Below, piece by piece: positions 35,450 to 49,320 of a DNA stretch of 64,000 nt. The notes under the pieces are model-generated. The model did not search any database. It saw only the letters and a program-made list of their open reading frames with translations, and was not told the DNA's origin. The stretch covers positions 37,262,001 to 37,326,000 of the forward strand of contig OX597823.1 in NCBI GenBank assembly GCA_951406725.2, given 5' to 3'. The position numbers and the translations under genes were made by a program. The first letter of the stretch is position 1, and the number at the start of each line of letters is the position of its first letter. This DNA is from Octopus vulgaris. Lineage: Eukaryota.

Positions 35450-38320
35450 ATGGAAAAACTCCATAAAAACCATGGGTACCCTGACTTTTGGTGCAGGTGC
35501 CTTTTTTCCTTCTTTTTCTCTAATTAGAGGCGTATGATCAGGGCAGGCTCGTTCACTCGCATCATTCTCGTCACTTTCATCCACCTTTTTGCAAACTGGC
35601 TAGAAGACAACAATTCCCTCTCTACCCTTATTTTCCTTTTCAAGTGAAGCTTGAAGAAGGTGGTCAGAGATTGGCCAAAGAGAAAACTGTTCGCCTTCAG
35701 TCCCTTGGACATGCTCGGCTGACAGCACTTCCGTGTCTGTATAGTTTATGTCAAACAGGCAAAGCTCCCCGGTACCACTGCCGGGTCAGAGATTTTGGGA
35801 AGTTATCCATTGGCCCCAGGCCGAAAGTTCTACGGAAAAGAGCAGCTAGTTGATCTTATTCCAAGCCCAAGGTCACCCCAAGAACGTCGTCGCACTTTCC
35901 CGCCACTAACTCTGAATAGAAAGCTAAGGTGAAGGTTCCACCTATCGTAGTATCCGACTGGCTGAGGGCTGTAAGTACTTGAAAACATTCCACGTTCCAA
36001 ATGCCTTCCCTCAGTCTCTGTTTGACCCAGGGCTGCAGCTACGTTAAAGAGACCAGCTGGGGAAATACGCGTCTGGCAAACGGCTACCATACCTGTTCAA
36101 CGTTAAGGAAGCATTGGGGATGTCGTAACCATGGCATGCCCAAGCTACCACTCAGCGGGTATTGACTGCAGAAGTAGCTTCTTCTTGGCCAATTTCTCGG
36201 TGAGAGTAGTCATCCTGCTCTTTACCTCGCCCCAGTTTTTGTCCATTTGGAAGTCCGGACCACACCAGACACCCGAGCAATTTAACCGGTCGTCTGTCAG
36301 TCCAACGCCCAACGACGCAGTTGGATGGCATGGACTAGCTTCTCCAGGTGCTGAGCCGCAAGACCAATGGTTTTCCTGGTTGATCGTCGCTCATGATAGC
36401 GCCTGAAAACGGTGCCGATCATTGCCATGTGTTTATTTTCCGACACCACTATGGTGACGTCGTCGGCATATGTGGATACGCATCTTCCACCCCCTAGACC
36501 ACGCGGGGTGCCCATCAACGTCTACAGCTTGTCTAGTAGTACGTGCAAGAGTGACGAGAGGCGGCAACCTTGCCGGGCCCAGTGCATGATGTTGAACAGC
36601 TCTGAGAAGTGACCGTTCACTCTGACTACTGAATAGATGTTGCTGTGCATTGCAGCTATCCAGCCCTTAATACAGGCTCGAAACCAGCTGCCTTGAGGAC
36701 CACCGCCAAATATAGATGGTCGACCCTATCAAAAGCTTTTGATTGATCTAAACCCGTGTCAGATGATTCTTTAGCCACATTCTCTATGATGTATCGCATG
36801 TAGTGAGGGTTGTTGTGGATGGATCTTTCCGGGATGGTGCATGTCTGCGCCTCCCCAACCAGATCACAGACAAGTGCAAACCTCGTAGCTAATACCTTGG
36901 CTAAAATTTTGAACTCTGCATTCAGCAGAGTTATAGGCCTAATGTTGTCTATACAGTCCTTCTTGTTCAGGTCTTTTCTCAGCAACATCACCACTCCTCG
37001 GCTCACAAAACTAGGAATTCTCCCACTCTCTTGCCAGTTGAAATAAAAGTTTGCCAAGAGGTCGCTGAACAAGTCTGGTATGTAAGCGTAAAGGTTGTTG
37101 GACAGACCATCCAAACCAGATGATTTACTCCTCGTGCAGCTATTCATTGCTTCCCGTATTTCAAAGGCTGTTATCGGCCTTTCGTAGCGCTCCGTCCCCC
37201 TCACCGAGAGCCGCGGCAATCCGTCAAGGTTGGAAGTGAAATCCACCCTGCGACCTAACTCGCTGCTTCTCCCGAACAGTTAAGCGAAGCGCCACTGAAA
37301 AGCCGCACACATCTGTTTCGGGTCAATTATTTGCCCGTCGTAACCCAGTAAGGATAGGATCGTGGATATATTACCACGCCGTGCCTTTGCCACTTAAACC
37401 CATTGAACGGCTTTCGTCTTTTCATTGTTGTTCTTGTTGTGATTGTGTGGGGGGGATTGTTCCAAGTGTTTGTGGTAGTGGAGACAATGCAGTGCCTTTG
37501 TTGCTTTTGTTTTTTTTCTCTCCACTGCTTGTGTGGATGAGGATTATTGTTTGTCCATAGATTTGTTTTCCTTCTTGTCTTTCCTTCTTTTTGATTTTGT
37601 CTTCCACTCCTCGTCCCGATCATATTCTCCACATGTGATGCCCACTTGCTTGGCATCGGGAAGTGGAACATCTTCGGATGCTGAGAAGTGTTTGGGGGAA
37701 CTCGGTGTCTGTATGGTTGGTATTGGTGCTACTGTGGCTGAATCTGCTGATGGTAATGGTGGTGGTGCTGCTGCTGTTGTCACTCGAGTTCTGGTGGCTG
37801 TTGTCGGTGTTGAGGGGAGAGGTGCCTGGCTTTCTTTTCCCCTCAATCTAGGGCAGAAAGCTTTTAGATATGTGATTGAAAGGCAAATGCGACACTTTGC
37901 ATTCCTTCCATCCACCCTGAGTGGAATGATGTCTCCAGGAATATGGATCTGGTCTGGAATGAGATCCACATTCTTTTGGTTTGTTTGAATGAAGACCTCT
38001 ATCGACATCCCGGACCAGTTCTCCTTTTTGGTCTGATAGACTTCGAGGATTTTCGAGTTTTCATCGATGCCTATTATGACTGCAGCAATTAACAAAGTGA
38101 TGGTTATTTCTGGCGACATCTGTTGTATTATTATCTTGGCCAGTCTCTGGTCGCAGTAAAAGGGAACCAATAATAGATCCTCGCTTTTGAGGGGTTTGAG
38201 AAAGTGAGATTTAGCTTCCTCTGTGTGGAATCTCACCTCCACCATACCGTAGCCTTTTCCTTTCTGTATGTATTCCTCCAGAAGAATAAAATGCAATCGA
38301 AACCCGCAACAAAAGCTAAT
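35450..38320 (-). mobile_element. Tx1/L1-clade LINE: ORF1 remnant (37410-38320) joined to ORF2 RT region (35450-37410); APE domain missing
   Basis: ORF1: GYGMVEVRF...LRVDGRNAKCRICLSITYLKAFCP. ORF2: SSGLDGL, NIRPITLLNAEFKILAK, LDQSKAFDRVDH, STYADDVT. Confidence 0.88.
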
Positions 38321-38349
38321 TTCTCTTTCAAAGAGATGCATTGACCGTG

Positions 38350-38930
38350 TGCAGCAGACAATCCGCCAACAGATAATTCGCCGACAGACAATTCGCCGAT
38401 TGGACAATTGGCTGATTGGACAATAAGTCAACATGCGGAAGTATCAATCGTGGAGTTCATCAAAACGGAGGCAGAAAGCTTCTATACAAAGGGTACGCTT
38501 ATATCATTGATAAAACTAGAAAAGAAAGACATATTGGAGATATTTGCGCAAATCGTAAACTGTGCAGTGCTAGACAGACAACGATTGATGATGAAATTAG
38601 CACAACTCCTTCTGAACAGGTATATCTACTTACGCCGATTGAAAATCACGCTGCAATAGTTAAGGAAGAAATAAAGCTTCTTGCTGAACGAGCTGAACAA
38701 TTGCCGAGCTCTATAGTTGAAACCGTAGCTTCCGGTATCCCCTTGAGCGTTGCTGGATGTTTACCGAAAATGGAATCTCTTAAATGTACGGTGCGACGGA
38801 AAAAAACAGTTATTAATGAGGCTGAATTATATAAAACGCCAAGAGGTGATAATTTTTTACTGTATAGAAATGATGAGGTTTCTATATTTGGTACTGTGAA
38901 AAATTTATAAATTTCATTCAAGATAATGTA
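38350..38930 (+). mobile_element. MULE (Mutator-like) transposon 5' part with FLYWCH-like domain
   Basis: About five tandem 15-bp terminal repeats (cagacaattcgccga) at 38355-38425, then GRKLLYKGYAYIIDK...C...CSAR.TT and KTPRGDNFLLY...IFGT. Confidence 0.75.
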
Positions 38931-40341
38931 TTTCTTAATACTGCTTAAATGACAAGATGGTCACGGCTGGAACACCTTTTGTTGTAAGTCTGATCAATCA
39001 GAACTAAAAGATGGTGGATGAACAACAGCAGTAGCAACAATAATGTGAGAAATTCTGTTCAGTCAGTTGACTCTTTTTGTTTTTATCTGAAAGAAGAGTC
39101 AGCGCCCATAGCATTCTCATCTTCATCCCAACAGCGGTGTGATTGGTAGGTTAATATTCTGCTTAAACCGTTGCAAGTCGATGATTGCAAGAAAAACAAG
39201 AGCAGGGGTGAGGAATTCTGTTGAAGGATTGACAATAGCGCTTGTTATGTAGCTTGGGGAGTTGTAAACAATTTAGATGATTAAAGAAGTAGATACCAGT
39301 GAATCTAGACGTCCTGAGTTGACTTAACACAAGACGTAGTCATCTCTAGAGTAATAGCGATGGAAAATGTAGGGAAGAGACAGCACGTCTTCGGCCCAGA
39401 GGCTGGATTCTATCTATAATTGACATTATGGAAATTACATGAGTGTCCTTTCCCTAGATGCAGTCAAGAACGTCTATGTATGTAGCAGCAGCAACGTCGC
39501 AACTGCAGGAGCATACTCCATCAAGGGCCACACCTGAGTTTGGAGTTTCCGATGAGGAGGGCCAGTTATTCAGATGTAATTGTTGCTGTATTAACGATGT
39601 AATAGAAACATGCCGTCAAAAATTACACGTTTTGTCTTTAAAAAAAGGACACATAGTCCTCGTTCCAAACTACTTTAAACATAGATTATTACGGTTTTGA
39701 TGCATTTGGTTACAGGACTTTTCACTCACTCTTAACCAGGGATTAAACAACAAAAACGCCAAAACAAATATTACAATGTACCACAGTGCACTGCTGTTTA
39801 CTGTACGGTAGAACAGTGTATTATAATTTACTATAGTGTATTGTAGAGTACTGTAATGTAATGTATAGTACTGCAGTGCAAAACAGTGTACAACAATGTA
39901 CTAACATATCTGTACTGTACTGTAGTATTAATGGGGGTCGTACAATATTTCAGCAATACAATACATCAACGTTGTTATACTTATCTTATCTATATCGAAT
40001 TTCGTAAAACTATTTACAACGAAGGCAATAACAACAGTAACAACAGCAACCGTCATCATCATCATCATCATCATCAACATTACAACCGACAACAACAGCT
40101 ACAACAACAAGTGCAAATTAAGCGACAACATGGTCGCCATAGATTGGAACTATTCATAAAAGCTACGAGACGACAGCCTGCTGTAGCAATACGGTGCAAG
40201 TGAAGCGCAACCAAGAGATAGATCGTAGCAAAGTACGTAATACAGATGTATGCATATAACTAGATTTCTAGATTGAGAGTAGATAAACAAAGAGATAGAT
40301 GTGCTTATATTTATATATATGTATATATATGTATATATATG

Positions 40342-41070
<729 letters not shown>

Positions 41071-41074
41071 AAGC

Positions 41075-42042
41075 ATTCTAAACGTCTGAAATCATCAGAA
41101 CACCTGCAAGTTCAATAGACCATTGATTACAATCCCAGAAGGCCCATGAGGTCAATTGCAAAAGGTCTCCATGTGTCAGAAGGAACGGTCAGAAATGTTG
41201 TCCACGAAGATATCAGATATCAGTCTTATATGATGAGGAAAGATCAATTTGTCAGAAAAAGCAATATAAAATCACTACATCAGATCTAAAAGTCTCTTAA
41301 ACAAACTGAAAAATCCAGCAGAAGATTTGATTTGGTTTTTCTCAAATGAGAAAAACTTCGACCAAGATCAAAAAGTGAACAGAAAAAAATGACAGACGGT
41401 TTTGTGCAGACCCTTCTGAAGTTCCAAGTGTTATGCATGCATACAAAATTTCTTGCAACTGTCAAGGTTTTAGGGGTTGTCAGCAATGAAGGACATGTGG
41501 TACCTCCTTACTTCCTTCCACAAGGCCTTAGAGTTAACTCTGCCACCTACATTGAGGTCCTGGAAAGAATTGTTAAGCCCTGGATAGATAGTGTATGCAA
41601 TGGAAGGCCATATGTGCTTCAGTAAAACTCTGCACTATCACATATGGCTCTAGTAACACAGGAATGGATGGCCGAAAATTTTCATGATCACATAACCCCT
41701 ATCATTTGGTCTCCTAATTCCTCAGATCTCAATCCATTGGAGCGTTGTTGAGAGAGAAGGTCAATGAACACACTCATAACACCAAAGACTCTTTGAAAGC
41801 TGCCATAGTCAGAGTAATGTCCAAAATGAACCAGGACCACTTCATTCGAGCATGTAGAAGATTTAGATCTCATTTAGAAGCAGTTATTAAAACTGAAGGT
41901 GGCTTTATTGAATAACATTATAGAAAAGAAGGTTTATATTTATCAACAAAGCATTTTTTGATAAACAAAGTTATTATCTGTTATTATATATTCGTTTTTT
42001 TTTATAAACATAACTCTGTCCTCAAATATGTTTCGCACCCTA
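41075..42042 (+). mobile_element. Tc1/mariner (maT/DD37D-like) transposase remnant with right terminus
   Basis: WFFSNEKNF, VKVLGVVSNEG, VNSATYIEVLERIVKPW, YVLQ*NSALSH, WSPNSSDLNPL; ends ttcgcacccta. Confidence 0.88.
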
Positions 42043-42323
42043 TATATGTTTATAAATATGTACGTATATTTATGTGTGTGTGTATACACACACCTCACAT
42101 CAGAAATATACATTAAATTAACGATACATTTACTTTTATTTTTATTTTGATTGTTTTAGTCGTTTTTATTTTCACATCTTTTGTTGCTTTTATTTTTGTT
42201 TTTGTTGCGTTTGTAATTCTGTTCACTCGAATCGCCCCCTCTCTTTATCGACCACCCTTTTCTTACACACATACGCACTCGTGCGTGGGGATTAGGGGGT
42301 GGGGGAAATGTGTATATGTAAGA

Positions 42324-42369
<46 letters not shown>

Positions 42370-42531
42370 GTTTATGAATTTATGTTGCAAGATTCCTGGT
42401 GTGAAACCGTGTGTTGAAACAAATATTTTTATATATCAGGATGGTCATTTTTGTTTTACCAAATAAACCCACGCACTACATATTCGTTCTTCACTCGTTT
42501 ATTACTGTTCTTATTTTATCTTATGTCCAGT

Positions 42532-42574
42532 GTCCGGAAATTTTTCATCACACATCTGTGACCTCTTCAGTGAC
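42532..42574 (-). ncRNA. Type I hammerhead motif with imperfect stem I, inside an insert (about 42368-42600) ending in (TA)n
   Basis: Minus strand: gtca CTGAAGA g gtcaca-gatg-tgtgat GAAA aatt TC cggac; intact core, 6-bp stem II, palindromic AAATTT. Confidence 0.5.
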
Positions 42575-43498
42575 CTTTTCCGTCCACGCGTATCCTCCTC
42601 CTCCACGTAGTCCATTCTAATAGAACAATTTACGCCACACATTAAGAGGTCATCTAGTGCAAGCTTTGTATAGCTGAAAGATATTTTAAGTCTAAGAAGT
42701 CGAGAATGGAAATGTTCACATGATGCAAGGATCTCGACAAATTTCTGCTATCAAACAGCAGGACACTACCCACTCCAGATTAGTCATACAATCATACAAA
42801 TTTTGAACTTTCCATATCGGATTAACTCCACTAAGCATTGTATAAGCTATTATCATTATTGCCCTTCTGGCCGTGTTTGTTAGATGATATTCGCTGGTGG
42901 ATGTAATATATTTTTGTTAATCCTACGAATAACGAAACAGTACAATACACTACATATATATATTATGCGCGCGCGTGTGTGTGTGTGTCGAGTAAGCACA
43001 TAAATGCAAAACAACTGTCCAACGAACGGACAAAGAAACTGCAATGAATTTGCCTTTTAGCCGTTGAAATATGTCAAATATATTTTAACTAAGCTAAACT
43101 TTGCTTATGCCTAAACGCCGCGCAGCGCTAATATTTCGGTAATTTCCACAATCTCAGTGGCCTACTGGCGCAAATGAGTCAATGTTGTTGACTATATTTG
43201 AGTTAAAGCTATAGTTAAAGCTGTCTAGTGTTGCCCCTCTTAAGTATTTCCTATTTCAATGATAAGGTACAAGAAATACCCATGTCTTGGGAACCCTGAT
43301 AGATGGCGACACTGGACAGATATGGTGTTTTTACACCTTTTTACCATAAGAGAAATTTTTTTTCTATCGTAACTGCAGTGAATTTGCGTTTTGGCAGTCG
43401 AAATATCTCACAAATATATTTTATCTAACCTAAACTTTGCTTATGCCTAAATACTGCTTGGCGCTTCTATTTCGGTAATAAATATATATTTTTTTTAA

Positions 43499-43708
43499 GG
43501 TGGCGAGCTGGCAGAAACGTTAACACGCTGGGCGAAGTGCATAGCGGTATTTCGTCTGCCTTTACATTCTGAGTTCAAATTCGGCCGAGGTCGACTCTGC
43601 CTTTTATCATTTCGGAGTCGATTAAATAAGTACCAGTTAACACTGGGTTCGATGTAATCGACTTAATTTGTTTGCCCCCTCTATGTTTAGCAATAAAGAA
43701 ATAAAGAA

Positions 43709-43710
<2 letters not shown>
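43499..43710 (+). mobile_element. tRNA-derived SINE, well preserved
   Basis: ggtggcgagctggcagaaacgttaacacgctgggcgaa...gagttcaaattcggccgaggtcgact...aataaagaaat. Confidence 0.88.
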
Positions 43711-43744
<34 letters not shown>

Positions 43745-43749
43745 GTATG

Positions 43750-43786
<37 letters not shown>

Positions 43787-43908
43787 GTATATGTATATAT
43801 ATATATATACACATACATACATACATGTGTGTATTGTAGACGTATAAGTTTTTTTAAATACCGAAATATATTAGCAGTGAGTGAAAATCATCAGGAGCAG
43901 CGGTAGCA

Positions 43909-43953
43909 TTACTAAATGTGGATTTCTGCTTCCTTGAGCTTCATCCGTAGTAA
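43909..43953 (-). ncRNA. Degenerate type I hammerhead motif
   Basis: Minus strand: ttacta CGGATGA a gct-caagga-agc a GAAA tccaca TT tagtaa; 6-bp stem I; U4>G change in the core. Confidence 0.5.
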
Positions 43954-43977
43954 GTATTCACTGGCACCGCATACTAA

Positions 43978-44024
43978 GCTACTGATGAAGTTCAAAAAAG
44001 TAGACGCAAAATTCTCAATTTAGC
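43978..44024 (+). ncRNA. Degenerate type I hammerhead motif, divergent partner of 43909-43953
   Basis: gcta CTGATGA agttc...gacgc AAAA ttctcaa TT tagc; stem I gcta/tagc; GAAA reads AAAA; weak stem II. Confidence 0.4.
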
Positions 44025-44131
44025 AGTGTCACCTCTGACACTCGACGAGTTTCGTTTGCTGCTGATATATCCCTGGTTTTTAACACTACATGTCTATAAA
44101 AGTCGCTTTCTCGAGATGAACAGATGACTTT

Positions 44132-44162
<31 letters not shown>

Positions 44163-44266
44163 TGATAGAAATGGTAAGACAACAAAAGAATGAAAGAGAC
44201 CTCGATATTATGTAAATAGAGGAATTTATCTGTAAAGGTAATATGTGACAATTATTCGGTAGCCAT

Positions 44267-44327
44267 GATAAAACTCCGAGTTTCGGATGTCGGGGCGGAA
44301 ATCCACGCCGCCAACTCTTCAGTTATC
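44267..44327 (-). ncRNA. Type I hammerhead motif inside a ~190-bp insert (44161-44352) flanked by (TA)n on both sides
   Basis: Minus strand: gataa CTGAAGA gttggcggcg-tggatttc-cgccccgac atcc GAAA ctcggag TT ttatc; intact core, stem I gataa/ttatc, near-palindromic ACTCGGAGT. Confidence 0.7.
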
Positions 44328-44350
44328 CGGCAATCGGAAAAAATGCTATG

Positions 44351-44388
<38 letters not shown>

Positions 44389-44430
44389 TTTAAGTGTGAT
44401 ATACAGATTGCTAGTATGTATGTGTGTGTG

Positions 44431-44739
44431 TGTTGTATAGTGAAACTGTTGCTTCCCCCACCCCCACCCGATAAAAAATGGTAGGAAACAACCATTATAA
44501 ATAAACTAGTAGCCGGTCTTCAAGAGAGGGTCAAGAGTCGAAGAGTTGAGAGTTGGTTGTTCTAGTCGGTGTCTTGTGAAGCTATCAGCGATAGTAAGAC
44601 AGAAGTTAGTGTATTACTATACCGGTACGAAGGGATACAACGCTATCCGACGACTAGTAACTATTGTGGCTACTAGCGTAAAACAGCAACTACAGTTCAA
44701 CGACAGTCACACATTATACCAATGAGGGGAACCCACTTT

Positions 44740-44745
<6 letters not shown>
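44431..44745. mobile_element. Probable solo LTR
   Basis: TG...CA ends with a 12-bp inverted repeat (tgttgtatagtg / cactttacaaca); internal tataaataaa; TSD obscured by microsatellites. Confidence 0.55.
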
Positions 44746-44776
<31 letters not shown>

Positions 44777-45109
44777 TATACATCTACGTACATATATATA
44801 TATGCATATATAAAAATATATATACAGACACACGCATATACATACACATACATACATATATGCACATATATGCGTATGTGTGTAACGCTTCTGTCGGTCA
44901 AGTATATCCACGTATCTTCCCCTGATAAGTTTTTTTTTCTCATCGAAGACGAATAGTTTCCATGCAGCAAAGTCCTCCTCTCTCGAATCTAATCCAAATC
45001 GCAATGGCCGATACATGTCGGCTCCAGTGTCGTTGCAGAAGAACGGAGAATGTGAAGATCTCTGTAACAAGGCATTCCATGCCTTCATCAAACTGCAATG
45101 GTTCTTTGT

Positions 45110-45320
<211 letters not shown>

Positions 45321-46281
45321 CATACACATATATATACATGTATGCATATATATTTTTACGTATATACATACATGTACATGTGTGCATATATACATATGTA
45401 TATAGACATATATATATATATATATGTATATACATGCATACAAAGATACAGACATATGTACTTGTGTGTACTTCTGTGTATGTGCGTGTATGTGCGTGTG
45501 TGTGTGTAAATATGTATGTATTTATGTACATATATTATCTACCCATCTATTTATCTCCCAATCTATCTAGTTATATATATTTATCTATGTTCCGCTCTCT
45601 TTATATCTTTCAAACACAGCAGGGGCTCTCCAAAGACAGACGAAAAAGATTGTTTCTTTCAAAGGCTCCGCCTCTGTTGCTTGTATTTTCTAGAGCAACC
45701 TCCCTCCAATACAACAAATCTGCCATGTTTACCGTATCCAAGAATAAATTCTGACAACTTCACAAGAAAATAGTGATAATAATAATATCAGTCAGTAATG
45801 AAATAGGCTAAAGACAAATATTTTTCCTGCTAACCTTCTGGTAATCTAATCGTTGTATGGAGTAAAGCAACTCTTCGAGATCTTTAATAATACACCATTT
45901 CGTTAGAGCGTTGCTCTATATATTTAAACAGCTCGTTTTTCTTTAAGATGCCTGAGATGATGATGAAGAGGGAGATAGCATTTCGTTCGTTTAAGGGCGG
46001 TTGCTCGTAACAGCAAAGGTAGAATGCTGGAGTAAAACTGTTGCAGTATCTAGTTTCGAGCTTCTACAGTCTGATTTCAAATTTCATTAAAGTTGATTAT
46101 TATCTTTTGATCCAATCCTAAAGATGGGATGAAAAATAAAATGGAAAATTAGCGATTACCAGATAAAATTTAGTTATGCGATTTTCGAAGATCGACTGAT
46201 TTTATATCATCTTCTCTTGTATAAATATGGGATCATATGCCACAGTTTATAGAAGAAAAAACCATACTTATATACATATAC

Positions 46282-46403
<122 letters not shown>

Positions 46404-47810
46404 TATGCATACACACATACATATATACACACATGCATGCACACATACGTACTTTGTACATTTGATGCTCACACACATATATATAAGATACATACGTATG
46501 TGAGTGTATGTGTGTGTGTGCATGTGTCGAGACGTATACAAATATTTCAGGCACAGGAAATCCAGTCAAAGGTACAATAAGGATACAGCTATGGTATGCA
46601 TGACAATATTTATGATATGACATTTATAACTAATGGATTTTCATAGTCGAGAGATGGAAAGGAAAATCTTGTATTGGCCTGCTTACCTTTTATGCATGTC
46701 CGTACACAAATGCACAAAAACACTCTCCCGTACACAAATACACTCACACACATAAATGCACTCATCCACTCATACATTCACAAGCATACACAGATATTCA
46801 CACATATATATATATGTACACTCACACGTATACGCACAAACGTTTATATTTGATTTATTGAGGCTGAAAAGACTCCCCCCCCCCCCCAAAAAAAAAACAG
46901 ACCTTATTCAGGATGTCAACGGCGGATCATCAGGCACCAGTGTTTTGGACCTGATTTCACCTCCTCAATTACGAATACACACTCTGTGGATATTCTATCA
47001 ATAAGTTACGTTAAAACGTTCGTCCCGATACAGAAATCAGCAAACAAGACATTCAGAGAATTATGACACATAGTGCTACGTTTGTATATACATTATACAT
47101 GTTATATACAGCGTATATTCATACATATACACATGCACACAGGGAGAAAAATAAAACAAAAGCTCGCTCGCAAGATAGACAGACATACAGACAAATAGAA
47201 GACAAACAGGCAGACACACAAGTAAATAACTTGCTTTAAGTTATTTGCTTATCTCTAACAATATGAAAAAACGTTCTTCAGATACTCAGAGAGAATTAGT
47301 TTTTTAACGAACGGCAACTAAGTTATTTATGAGTAACGCCTGAGGGCAGAATATTCAGGTAAAATAAAGGGGACCATTACTTTGAAATGCGTAAGCGTTA
47401 CTGAAAAGACACAGAGAGTCGGTCATTCATTTGCTGGAAGAAAAGTGTAGGTGACATAGCTGAATCTTGGCAGCACAAGAATTGGTGACACTGGGAGAGG
47501 AAGTATCCGATCAAAGAGATTAGAGTCAGATGGAGCCCATGATCCAGCCGGCTAACTAGATTTTCGTTCTATGCACGATCAAATACATTTCTGGTGTCAA
47601 TTGCAACTACATTGTTCCCCCAACCCCCGACTTTCTCAATCGAGATCGACCCCTAGTGCATGATATAGAAACGTTGACCTTCGACAGATCTGGCCCAACA
47701 CAGAATATTGGTGGTTACTGATACAGGAGAGAAACTCAAAGAGTGGCTTTTAACAACTATTTCCATCACTTTTACAGTATTTAGAGAGCGATAAGTCAAG
47801 TGTTGGCGGA

Positions 47811-48010
47811 TTTGGGACACACTGTATCATGATTTCCAAGATCAAAGAGAGAGAGGTTGAGAGATTGAGGCGTTGCCCTAAGTATGAATAGGGACTAGCT
47901 TTTGGGACACACTGTATCAGGATTTCGAAGATCAAGTTAGATTCTTGGACGGAGAGGTAGAGATTGAGGCCATGTCTTAAGCGAGAATAGGGGCTAGCTT
48001 TGGGTGCACT
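47811..48010. repeat. Two-unit ~90-100-bp tandem repeat
   Basis: tttgggacacactgtatca.gattt..aagatcaa...gagattgagg...gaataggg.ctagcttt repeated. Confidence 0.8.
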
Positions 48011-48089
48011 TGACAATGATGAGATGCAATATTTTCAGTAGGATTGATTTCTAGTAAACGGCGGTATTTTCGTGAATGTAGAGTATATA

Positions 48090-48400
48090 GTGAAGGGATT
48101 AGTAAATTAGAGAAAAGGAGTTTTGGTGAAGTTTTGCCCAGGCGTGCAATGTGAAGATGGGTACACACCGGGTGGCAACATGGAAGCTATATTTCTGAAA
48201 GTATTACTTACAGAGCCAACATATTTAAGGTGCTGGTGTAGTGGGGTTCTGCAAAGTTGGTAAGTATCCTTTGGGCAACGGACCAATATGGCAGTGAAGC
48301 AGAAGAGATTACAGACAATACACAAATGCATTTCTTTTTATTTCCGAACGGTAGTTTTGTATGAGTTACTGAATAAAATCCACTCTGTTAGTATAATAGA
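48090..48400 (-). mobile_element. Possible heavily decayed Penelope GIY-YIG endonuclease remnant
   Basis: With frameshifts reads CIVCNL..HIG...LTNFAE, resembling YCISC.LC..LYIG.T.R.L..RF.EH; followed by a C-rich 3' region. Confidence 0.35.
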
Positions 48401-48974
48401 AAGACTTTTCGTTGCGTTATCGGCAGTGTTCTTTTCCTCTTTTGCGGCAACACTGTTACTTGTGAAGAATTTGGTTTATATGGCACGATGAGATTTAATC
48501 GAGAGATAATAAGGAGGAATATTTCCAATGAGAATGCTTTTGCTTCTCTGTTTAACTGCTTCAGCTGGATCAAGATCGACATTTCCCGGAATAATTAATG
48601 GAAAACTTGCACTAACTAATACATTTACTTGATACATGAAGTAGAATGAAATAAAGGGTAGGCCATAATGATGGGACACAATTTTAATGCTAGTATCTTG
48701 GATTATAAAAATGGCATAGGGTATAAAATACATTAATTACATAACTGATGTACAGGAGTTCAACATATTATCTAAGATTTGAATATTACATTCTGGAGAT
48801 GAACACCACCACAAAGAGAACACTCGCGTGCTCGCTTTCTAACATCAAACACACTGCAGTTGGAATGGCTGCAATTTCTCTACAGATGCTTTGTTTTAGT
48901 TCCGCTGTGTGTGGTGGTGGTGGTGGTGGTGGGGACACTTCTCGCAAATACCCTTCTACACTAGCTGTAGCCTA

Positions 48975-49320
48975 TGTTATAAAAGTGTAAGTCTTGTTTT
49001 AAAATCTCGACTCTGGTTCGTGAAGTAGTCAACTGCTGAGCCAATCGACGTGTGGACTTCCTAAGACTTTGTCCAATAGCGTTTCCCACACTTTGACAGT
49101 TCTCTACACTATCTGGCATTTTTGTTCTTCTCGGTATCGCCTGTCTCACAGAAGTTTGTAACAGCTCGCAGGATCACCTTTCGGGATGGTATCCGTAACT
49201 TTCCAAAATCTGTCGGAATTTTCTTTGGGCTGTAATAGTGGATCTTTGACTGGTGAAGTATGTTTCGAACACGTATGCAATTTCTTTTGGAGTCCACGAA
49301 ATTTTGAGGGTCACCAACAC
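48975..49320 (-). mobile_element. Tc1/mariner (rosa/DD41D-like) transposase N-terminal fragment
   Basis: PSRKVILRAVTNFCETG; SVENCQSV..AIGQSLRKSTRRLAQQL..SRT..ILKQDLHFY. Confidence 0.75.

Noticed and set aside
38355-38425. CRISPR-like short repeats (also 62104-62182)
   Set aside because: Eukaryotic context, no unique spacers and no cas genes; these are transposon terminal repeats and a minisatellite.
37544-38434. 296-aa ORF as a host gene
   Set aside because: It is a chimera of MULE terminal repeats and a Tx1 ORF1 remnant with a broken zinc knuckle.
39040-39620. Possible LTR or exon
   Set aside because: No matching termini or convincing reading frame found.
44940-45095. Minus-strand TTGATGA...GAAACTATTCGTC as a hammerhead
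   Set aside because: Stem I could not be paired and the halves are far apart.
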